Shown here one piece after another: positions 19,153 to 26,984 of a stretch of DNA of 64,000 nt. The notes under the pieces are model-generated. The model searched no databases and was not told the origin of the DNA. It worked only from the letters and a program-made list of their open reading frames with translations. The translations under genes and the position numbers were made by a program. Within the stretch, counting starts at the first letter, position 1; each line of letters begins with the position of its first letter. The stretch is from a virus: the IMG/VR virus record IMGVR_UViG_3300017917_003637, positions 22,763 through 86,762 of that record; one strand, written 5' to 3'.

Positions 19153-20630
19153 GCGAAGCTAAAAAATATAAATTGAAGTTGGATAAACCAGCGTCAGAGG
19201 CTCCTATTGCCCCTGCCCCTGCTCCAGCTGAACCTACAACCGAACCAGCTGATGAAGCTGGTTTTGGTGATTTTGGGGGTGAGGAAATGCCAGCAGAACA
19301 ACCAACTGGGGATGAAGCACCAGCAAACGATATGCCTGATTTTGAAAAAGAACCATTTGACGCTGGAGTTGATGCTGATGAGGAAACTGACCCTAAAAAA
19401 TTTATTGAGCAATTAAGTGGTAAATTAGGTCAGTCATTAAGACAGTATACCAAAGACCAAGGTCAACCAGATTTTGAATTGGAAAAATTCGCAATTAATT
19501 CAGTTATTTCAGCAACAAACACTGCTGATATGGATGAAGAAGATAGAAATGATATTATCAAAAAAATAGAAAAATCTGGTGAAGATGAAACACAAGACTT
19601 TGGAGATGATAATCAAGCTGGCGCCGACGCTGGAGATGATTCTTTCGGTGGACCCGATAACGGGGCTGGTAATGCTGATGAGTTTGATTTTTCATCTGAT
19701 GAAGAACCAGTTCAAGAAGGTAAATTTATGCTTGACAAAACAAAAAAACTAAGCATCTTTGCACCTGAGGGCAGTGAAGAAGCAAAATTTAAACACATAA
19801 ATGAAATGAAAGAAGGTTCAAACAATTACATGTTCTGGCAAAATTTAAAAACTATTGTACATGCCGCATCTGAATTATTAAAAATGGATTGTGACCAAGT
19901 TGATACATTGTTATCAGATGGTCATGGTTGGGCTCTTGACCACATGGCTACATCCGCTGATGACGTTGAAGAAGTGTATCACTTTGTTGAAGGTCGTTTA
20001 AACGATACCCATGAGGATTCTGGTGAAGAAATGGATTATTCAAAATGGGCTCAACCAATGAAATTAAACCAACCAGTTACTGTGTCTAAAGACTTAGCTT
20101 ATCACTTAACTAACGAAATCGCGTTGGGCGAATCTATTTTCAGATATGGTTCTGAAAAATTCCAAAACCTTGTTAAAGAAGTAAGACAATTAAAAGCTAA
20201 GGGTCTTATTGATTTGAATGAAAATGACCAATTTATCGTTGAAGATTATGACAACGGTTTTGTTGTGATTGGTGAAAACAAAGTTAAATTAAATACAATC
20301 TTTGAAGAATTTGATGCTGAGACAATCAACGAAGCTGAGTATCAAGGTAAAAAAGTACAGTTAGGTAAGCCTAAACGTGGTGGTTCTAAAAAATTCTACG
20401 TTTATGTGAGAAATCCTAAGACTGGTAAAGTTAAAAAAGTATCATTTGGAGCTCAAGGTGGTGGTGGTAACTTAGCGGTTAAATTAAAAGACCCTAAGGC
20501 TAGAAAAGCATTTGCTGACAGACACAACTGTAAGGCTAAAAACGATAAAACAAAAGCTGGGTATTGGGCATGTAGATTGCCTAGATATGCTAAATTATTA
20601 GGTTTATCAGGTGGTGGTACTTGGTGGTAA
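19134..20630 (+). CDS. Modular putative head-internal protein, part 2 (-1 frame continuation)
   Basis: Frame opens at 19134 after TGA 19131-19133; only a TTG start at 19173; basic C-terminal module AEYQGKKVQLGKP...RHNC...AGYWACR. Confidence 0.75.
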   Translation, partial: FKKKTLSEAKKYKLKLDKPASEAPIAPAPAPAEPTTEPADEAGFGDFGGEEMPAEQPTGDEAPANDMPDFEKEPFDAGVDADEETDPKKFIEQLSGKLGQSLRQYTKDQGQPDFELEKFAINSVISATNTADMDEEDRNDIIKKIEKSGEDETQDFGDDNQAGADAGDDSFGGPDNGAGNADEFDFSSDEEPVQEGKFMLDKTKKLSIFAPEGSEEAKFKHINEMKEGSNNYMFWQNLKTIVHAASELLKMDCDQVDTLLSDGHGWALDHMATSADDVEEVYHFVEGRLNDTHEDSGEEMDYSKWAQPMKLNQPVTVSKDLAYHLTNEIALGESIFRYGSEKFQNLVKEVRQLKAKGLIDLNENDQFIVEDYDNGFVVIGENKVKLNTIFEEFDAETINEAEYQGKKVQLGKPKRGGSKKFYVYVRNPKTGKVKKVSFGAQGGGGNLAVKLKDPKARKAFADRHNCKAKNDKTKAGYWACRLPRYAKLLGLSGGGTWW

Positions 20631-20642
20631 AATTTATAAACC

Positions 20643-21095
20643 ATGGGAAGAATAGAAAAAAATAAAAAGTTATTAATTGAGCGTAAAAACCGTCAAGTTC
20701 TAGGCAAACCAGAAATGGATTGTCCAGAACCAACTCAAAATTTAGAATTAAATACTGAAAACAGAGACGCCGCTATCAAAGAAGACCATATTCAATATGG
20801 TCCTTTGAATGTTGACGAACCAGCTGATTTCTGGGAAAAGATTGCTGACCATTGGAATACCAGTGTTGAAGCGGCTCAGAAGTCTAAATGTGGTAATTGC
20901 GTGGCATTTGATATTTCACCTAGAATGGACGATTGTATGCCAGGTCCTATTTCTGACGATGATGGTAGATTAGGATATTGTTGGATGCACCATTTTAAAT
21001 GTCACTCAGCAAGAACATGTAGAACATGGGCTAAGGGTGGTCCGATAGAAGAAGACTCAGTGTCATATAAATGGCAAGAAAAAAACAAAAAGTAA
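20643..21095 (+). CDS. Cys-rich metal-binding protein
   Basis: CGNCVAF...GYCWMHHFKCHSARTCRTW. Confidence 0.7.
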   Translation: MGRIEKNKKLLIERKNRQVLGKPEMDCPEPTQNLELNTENRDAAIKEDHIQYGPLNVDEPADFWEKIADHWNTSVEAAQKSKCGNCVAFDISPRMDDCMPGPISDDDGRLGYCWMHHFKCHSARTCRTWAKGGPIEEDSVSYKWQEKNKK

Positions 21096-21096
21096 T

Positions 21097-22179
21097 ATGA
21101 AACCATATAGCGAAATAGAAAAAGGGAACATAGTAAGACGCACATTTTCAGACAACGTACCTGAGAGTGAGTTGGTGTGGCATAGAGACCATGAGGATAG
21201 GGTTGTTTTACCATTAAACGAGAATGATTGGATGGTTCAATTTGATAATGAATTACCACGAAAACTTGTTGTTGGTGAAGAATACTTTATACCTAAAAAT
21301 ACTTTTCATAGAGTTATAAAGGGGTCTGGTGAATTGCAAGTTGAAATCATAAAAACTGATTTTAACGAAGTTATTGAAGAAGGTGATAAGAAAGCTAAAA
21401 GAGACGCTTGTTATCACAAGGTAAGAGCTAGATATGATGTATGGCCATCTGCTTATGCTTCTGGTGCTCTTGTTAAGTGTCGTAAGGTTGGTGCTTCTAA
21501 CTGGGGTAACAAATCAAACGAGACTGAAGACATAGGTAAAAGCGGTAAAAAACAGTTTAAAAAAGACTTACAAAAAGACCCAGATTACTTAAAATATAAA
21601 GACAGCGATAATGAGTTTGGTGTACCAAATGTAACAACAGATGACCCATTTATCAAAAAAGGAAGATACACTAGAGTTGGTAAAGAAGACTTAGATGAAT
21701 TAACAGTTTATGAAGCTAAAAAAACTGATTTCTCAAAAGAAAAATCGCAAGGTCTTCATGGATGGTTTTCTAGAAAAGGTGGTGAAGGTTCTAGCGGTTG
21801 GGTTGATTGCAACACATGTAGAAAAGACCCAGATACTGGTAGAAAGAAATGTAAACCATGTGGAAGACAAGAGGGTGAGAAAAGAAAATACCCAGCATGT
21901 CGTCCAACACCGTCTGCATGCGGTACAAGAGGCAAGGGTAAAAAATGGGGTAAAAAAAGTACCTCAGAGGGCTTGAATATCTCAGAAAATTTTAGTATAT
22001 TTGATAAAGACTATTTAAAAATGAGATTACAAGAAACATTTAACCACGAAGAACCGTTGGTATTACCAGCTGAACCTAAAACTAAACCTAAGGAATCTCC
22101 AATGGTTCAACCATCAAGACGCAATAAGCCTTTCTTACCTGAAAGAGAAACGCAACCAGACCCAAAAGCTGAAAACTAA
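21097..22179 (+). CDS. Multi-module protein: N-terminal cupin-like domain plus basic Cys-containing modules
   Basis: WHRD.EDR...FIPKNTFHRVIKG; DACYHKV..RYDVWPSAYASGALVKCR; GWVDCNTC...KPCGR...YPACRP. Confidence 0.7.
   Translation: MKPYSEIEKGNIVRRTFSDNVPESELVWHRDHEDRVVLPLNENDWMVQFDNELPRKLVVGEEYFIPKNTFHRVIKGSGELQVEIIKTDFNEVIEEGDKKAKRDACYHKVRARYDVWPSAYASGALVKCRKVGASNWGNKSNETEDIGKSGKKQFKKDLQKDPDYLKYKDSDNEFGVPNVTTDDPFIKKGRYTRVGKEDLDELTVYEAKKTDFSKEKSQGLHGWFSRKGGEGSSGWVDCNTCRKDPDTGRKKCKPCGRQEGEKRKYPACRPTPSACGTRGKGKKWGKKSTSEGLNISENFSIFDKDYLKMRLQETFNHEEPLVLPAEPKTKPKESPMVQPSRRNKPFLPERETQPDPKAEN
21973..22003 (+). promoter_or_regulatory. Host-type promoter embedded in coding sequence
   Basis: TTG 21973-21975, N20, TATATTTG 21996-22003; in-frame ATG at 22021. 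Confidence 0.5.
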
Positions 22180-22592
22180 TGGATAAATTGTATTTGATAT
22201 ATGTGAATTATGTTGGAAAGGATTATAAGGGTGATTACCTTTATGAGTTTATTTTTTCTGATACAACAGAAGATATAGACGGCGATGAATGGGATACGTA
22301 TCCAGCGTCTGGTAGACCTCAACCACCACATGAATCATTTATAAAAAAAGTTGGTAGACTTGAGTCTGAGTTAATGTTAGATGTGATTCAAAATAGTGAT
22401 ACATTTGCTGTTTGGGATGCAATAGACGGGGTAATCGCTTTGGCTTGGGAAAACATTGACGATTATGAAACATACCCTGAAAAAAGAATTTGTTTTAAAT
22501 TTGGTGAACCTATTTCTAGTGTTGAAGATAAGTTATACGAAAAAGACCTAATATTGAATTATAATATAAGCAAACATGAGCACAAAAAATAA
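22179..22592 (+). CDS. Hypothetical protein
   Basis: 137-aa TAATG-coupled ORF. Confidence 0.7.
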   Translation: MDKLYLIYVNYVGKDYKGDYLYEFIFSDTTEDIDGDEWDTYPASGRPQPPHESFIKKVGRLESELMLDVIQNSDTFAVWDAIDGVIALAWENIDDYETYPEKRICFKFGEPISSVEDKLYEKDLILNYNISKHEHKK

Positions 22593-23547
22593 AATTAACG
22601 AAGAAGAAAAATTTAAAATCCATGTTGATAAAAAAACGTTGGGTGATGCTAACAAAACAAAAGAGTTAGCTATGCTTAAAAAGAAAAATCCAAACATAGA
22701 ATTTGATTTAGAACCACCTACTTCACAAAGTAGTGTTATTAGTTCTAGTTCTATGATGGAACAACCAGAAGCTATCATTCAACCACAAGACAAAGCCACT
22801 ATTAAATATCTTTCAAATGTTAAACACCCTGAGACTGGTGAAATAGCACAACCATTTAACATTTCAGATAAAAAATATCAGATGGTAAGAGGAATGACAC
22901 CTGATAAAAATGTTGTGTTGGGTGTTTATTGTTTTGATGAATTAAACGAAGATGGTAGCAATAAAATCTACCATGTTGATGAATTTGAAAATAAAGTAGC
23001 AAAACCAATGCTTGAAAGAGAAAAGTTAACAACTGAAAGTGAAAACAAATCTTCACAACCTGAGAGTCTTAATCTTGGTGAATACAAACACTTCATTGTA
23101 AATGAAAAAAGTGGTAAGTTTAAGAAATTTAAAACTATCCCAGAATTAGCCGCTACTACTATGCTTGAAGATGAGAGATATATGGGGTTACAAGAATTTA
23201 AAAAATTCTTTGAAACTAGAGTATTTGGTGCGCCTAAGAAAAAAGAATTGACTGAAGTTGGTATGACTGGTCAAGAAGGTGAAGAAGAAATGACAATTAA
23301 AGCTCAGAAACTTATGGGCCTTATTCAAAAAAGAATCCCATCAAATATTATCGATACCATTAAAACAAACAAAATTGCTCAAAGAGAAGTAATTGCTGCA
23401 TTTGCCGAGTTAATCGGTGTACCTAGAAATGGTCTTACTGGTCTTGTTCAAGGTATTAAAGATTTAGCTAAGACTGGTACTCAACCTCAACAACAAGTTG
23501 CTGAAAGTAGAGTGGTAAAAACAATAAAGAAAAAAGACATAAAATAA
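22576..23547 (+). CDS. Hypothetical protein, probable virion protein
   Basis: 323-aa ORF with INE/LTE/VAE sites, in the head operon. Confidence 0.7.
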   Translation: MSTKNKINEEEKFKIHVDKKTLGDANKTKELAMLKKKNPNIEFDLEPPTSQSSVISSSSMMEQPEAIIQPQDKATIKYLSNVKHPETGEIAQPFNISDKKYQMVRGMTPDKNVVLGVYCFDELNEDGSNKIYHVDEFENKVAKPMLEREKLTTESENKSSQPESLNLGEYKHFIVNEKSGKFKKFKTIPELAATTMLEDERYMGLQEFKKFFETRVFGAPKKKELTEVGMTGQEGEEEMTIKAQKLMGLIQKRIPSNIIDTIKTNKIAQREVIAAFAELIGVPRNGLTGLVQGIKDLAKTGTQPQQQVAESRVVKTIKKKDIK

Positions 23548-23550
23548 TTT

Positions 23551-24819
23551 ATGAGTAATTATAGAAAAATAGCTGAACAAGCATTATTAAAATCACTTAA
23601 CAGAAACAAACCCACATTAAATGAGGGTGTTGTTTATGGTGATAATATATCTGAAAGAATGCATCCTCAGTTAGAAAAAGAATTAGCTGAAAGAAAACAC
23701 TCGTTGGGGAAACACCCAGCAATACCTGAGGGTGATGAAAATAACTTTGAACAAAAGATAATGGGTAAACGCTTTAGTGAAGTTGTTAACCGTTATAAAC
23801 GCGCATTTGATGTTGACGAAATTAATAATGAGCAATTATTGAGTCAAATGATGCCTATGGTACATGAAACCATGGCCTTAGAAACAAAACACAAAAAAGC
23901 CTTGGAAGAATTGGCTGAAAGAATGATTAGAGAAGAATATGACATGGCTGAAGATGTTGTTGAAATTAAAGCAAAATTATCACCAACCGTTGTATTAGAG
24001 GGCACCAAAAAACACCCAACACCTAAAGCCAACGATTATCAATTTGAAAGCCATGAAGATATGGTAAACGCTAAAGAAGAGGTTTACAAAAGACGTTTTT
24101 TAAACGCAATGATTCAAGGTGCTGCAAAGAAAACAAACCACATGTTCCACATGGTAGACGAAGAGTTAACCAATATGGACCCTCGTTTGTTGAATAGGTA
24201 TTCTAAAGTTATGTCAGCGGCTGATTATATGTACTACGTAATCCCTAAAATGGATAATGGTACCAGTGGCGGTGTGGTTAAAGTTACATTCCCAACACCT
24301 GAAAACCCTAAGGCTGTTATTGAAGCTGAAGCCATGGTATTTCCAGTTCTTATTCATGAATTGGTAAAAGGGGTAATGGAATTATTGTCAGCTCACGGTT
24401 TGCCTAAAGATAAAAAATTAGGTGATTATGTTGTTGATAAAGCGGATTTCTTAGCCGCAGAACCATGGGATATGAGAATAGGTCCAGCTTTGTGGGATAG
24501 GTTTACTGATTGTATTGATGGTGATGATTTCCATTTAAAACATCATTTGTATATGGAGTTAGCTTCAATGCCAGTAAAAGAATTCAACGATAACATGAGA
24601 GAAATTTTAGCTGGTACCAACAAGGGTAAAAAAATTGTAAAAGAAATACTAGATAACGTTAAAAATGAACTACAAGAAGAAGAATTTGAAAGTGCCATTA
24701 ATGAGTTAAACACAACTGAAGAAAAAAATTATTTTACGTTAGATGAAATAATGTTTGGTAATGATTTTGAGATTGATGAAGATGACGATGACACTTATGA
24801 TATTGACGATTTACTATAA
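23551..24819 (+). CDS. Hypothetical protein upstream of terminase
   Basis: 422-aa ORF, LIHELVKGVME (HExxK), acidic tail. Confidence 0.75.
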   Translation: MSNYRKIAEQALLKSLNRNKPTLNEGVVYGDNISERMHPQLEKELAERKHSLGKHPAIPEGDENNFEQKIMGKRFSEVVNRYKRAFDVDEINNEQLLSQMMPMVHETMALETKHKKALEELAERMIREEYDMAEDVVEIKAKLSPTVVLEGTKKHPTPKANDYQFESHEDMVNAKEEVYKRRFLNAMIQGAAKKTNHMFHMVDEELTNMDPRLLNRYSKVMSAADYMYYVIPKMDNGTSGGVVKVTFPTPENPKAVIEAEAMVFPVLIHELVKGVMELLSAHGLPKDKKLGDYVVDKADFLAAEPWDMRIGPALWDRFTDCIDGDDFHLKHHLYMELASMPVKEFNDNMREILAGTNKGKKIVKEILDNVKNELQEEEFESAINELNTTEEKNYFTLDEIMFGNDFEIDEDDDDTYDIDDLL

Positions 24820-24820
24820 G

Positions 24821-24851
24821 ATAAGGGGCTAACAAGCCCCTTATTTATTTT
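24821..24851 (+). terminator. Intrinsic terminator
   Basis: AAGGGGCT-AACA-AGCCCCTT then T-rich tract. Confidence 0.7.
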
Positions 24852-24904
24852 AAAACCTTTATTTTACTGGATTTCAGCATATTTATTATAAAAAAGAAAT
24901 AGAT

Positions 24905-26671
24905 ATGCTAACAGCACAAGAAATATTTAAAGAATATTCTAAGTGTCTCATGAATCCAATTTATGCGATTGAGACATACTTGGAAACGTTCGATAAGACG
25001 CAAGAAGGGTTTGTTCCCTTTAAACTATTTCCTAGACAAAAGGAGATTATAAACGCATACGAAAAGAACAGATTTAACTTGGTGACAAAACCAAGACAAG
25101 CTGGGGTTTCTACCACAACAGCAGCATATATGGCGATAAAAGTTGGATGGGCCGACGAGGATAACCCAGAAGCGGTTCTTATCATCGCCAACAAACAAGA
25201 ATTGGCCTTCGAGTTCTTGGCCAAGATTAAAGACTTTTTATCTCAGTTACCTAGATGGGTTTGGGGTCATGAATATTATGGTAACCCTAAAAACGAGGGT
25301 AAATCAATTTTCCTTACCGATTCTAAAAAAGAAATTAAGTTACCTAACGGTAGTCGTGTTAAAGCAGTTGCAACATCTAAGGATGCTTTGCGTGGTTTTA
25401 CACCAACCTTCCTTATCATGGATGAGGCTGCGTATATTGACAACGGAGCTGAGGTATTTGGTGCCGCTCTTACCGCATTAGGTACTGGGGGTAGAGCTAC
25501 ACTTATTTCTACACCTAACGGTATGGACCCATTATACTACAAAACATATGACCAAGCAAGAACCAAAAAGAACAATTTCAACATTATTGAAATGAAATGG
25601 TATGAAGACTTGCGTTACAACAAAGACTTGAGATGGGTTAAGGGTGATGATATTGAAAAAGAAATATATTTTACTTTTGAATCCTATCAAAGAAGAATTG
25701 CAGATGGTTGGAAACCCACATCAAGCTGGTACGAAGAGATGTGTATGGGTATGAACAACGATGCCCGTATGATTGCCCAAGAGCTTGATGTATCGTTTAT
25801 TGGTTCTGGGGGTAATGTGATTAGTGAAGAATTTATCGAATACCACGAGAAAAACAATGTGTTGGAACCTAAGATAACCATGGGTCTTGAAAATGAGATA
25901 TGGATATGGGAAGAACCACAGGAAGGACACCAATACATTATGGGTGTTGACGTTTCTAGAGGTGATGGTGAGGATAGTTCTACGATTGTAATAATTGATT
26001 TTACGACCATGGAACAAGTAATGGAGTATCAAGGTAAGATTCAACCAGACTTATTGGCTCAAATCGTTGAGGAATACGGTGAATTGTATGAGGCCTATAC
26101 TGTTGTCGATGTTACTGGTGGTATGGGTGTGTCAACAGTTCTTAAATTACTTGAATTTAATTATAAGAGATTGCACTACGATGACGCAACTGGTAAAATT
26201 TTATCGGCTAGACAAAGAGAATTAAATAGCCATTTGAAGAAGGATAAAATCCCAGGATTTCACGCAACAAATGTTCGTGTACCGATGATTTCAAATTTGG
26301 AATATAAAATTAGAACCAATGCTATCAAGATACGTTCTAGTCGCTTGACTTCAGAAATGAAAACATTTATTTATAAGAATGGTAGACCTGACCACATGGA
26401 AGGTTATCATGATGACTTACTTATGTCATTGGCAATGTGTCTTTGGGTTATGGAACACTCATTTAAAAAACTTGAAAGACTAGAGAAACAAAATAAAGCG
26501 ATATTAAATAGTTGGCTTAGTGGTGCGAATGTTTCGTCAACACCAACGATTAGAGATAAAGACCCAAATACTGGGAATATTACACAGAAAATAAACCCCA
26601 CACATACTGCATATAAAAATGTTCAAGACCCTAGAGGTCAGTATTCGTGGTTATTTGCTAAACCAAGATAA
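24905..26671 (+). CDS. terL: Terminase large subunit (T4 gp17-like)
   Basis: KPRQAGVST, Walker B LIMDEAA, ISTPNG, QELDVSF, nuclease GVDVSRGDGEDSS and HDDLLMS; ATATTTAT at 24879-24886. Confidence 0.93.
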   Translation: MLTAQEIFKEYSKCLMNPIYAIETYLETFDKTQEGFVPFKLFPRQKEIINAYEKNRFNLVTKPRQAGVSTTTAAYMAIKVGWADEDNPEAVLIIANKQELAFEFLAKIKDFLSQLPRWVWGHEYYGNPKNEGKSIFLTDSKKEIKLPNGSRVKAVATSKDALRGFTPTFLIMDEAAYIDNGAEVFGAALTALGTGGRATLISTPNGMDPLYYKTYDQARTKKNNFNIIEMKWYEDLRYNKDLRWVKGDDIEKEIYFTFESYQRRIADGWKPTSSWYEEMCMGMNNDARMIAQELDVSFIGSGGNVISEEFIEYHEKNNVLEPKITMGLENEIWIWEEPQEGHQYIMGVDVSRGDGEDSSTIVIIDFTTMEQVMEYQGKIQPDLLAQIVEEYGELYEAYTVVDVTGGMGVSTVLKLLEFNYKRLHYDDATGKILSARQRELNSHLKKDKIPGFHATNVRVPMISNLEYKIRTNAIKIRSSRLTSEMKTFIYKNGRPDHMEGYHDDLLMSLAMCLWVMEHSFKKLERLEKQNKAILNSWLSGANVSSTPTIRDKDPNTGNITQKINPTHTAYKNVQDPRGQYSWLFAKPR

Positions 26672-26672
26672 A

Positions 26673-26939
26673 ATGGCAATAGATAGAAGAACTGTAGGTA
26701 ACACAGCACCTAAAAAAAATGTGTTTGTTAGAAAAACAGGTGGTTTTGATGTATATAAATGGTCACCACAACCAAATAATTTTCAAAGGAAAGTACAAGT
26801 ACCAAAACCAGTATATTTTTGCACAGCAAAAGCTGGTACACAAGGTGAAGATAGCGTAACAACTTACGTTTATAATGTAATTATAGTTGACGGGGCTATT
26901 AATAAGATAGCTTATGTTGCTTGTAATTATGTTGTCTAA
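26673..26939 (+). CDS. Hypothetical protein between terminase and portal
   Basis: ATG 26673 just after the terL stop. Confidence 0.6.
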   Translation: MAIDRRTVGNTAPKKNVFVRKTGGFDVYKWSPQPNNFQRKVQVPKPVYFCTAKAGTQGEDSVTTYVYNVIIVDGAINKIAYVACNYVV

Positions 26940-26984
26940 GTATTTAATTTCCAAGAAAAAACACTATATTAAAGATAAAAAATT

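Noticed and set aside
23551-24819. HELVK as a metalloprotease site, or this gene as small terminase
   Set aside because: The second His of HExxH is missing, and size and sequence do not support TerS.
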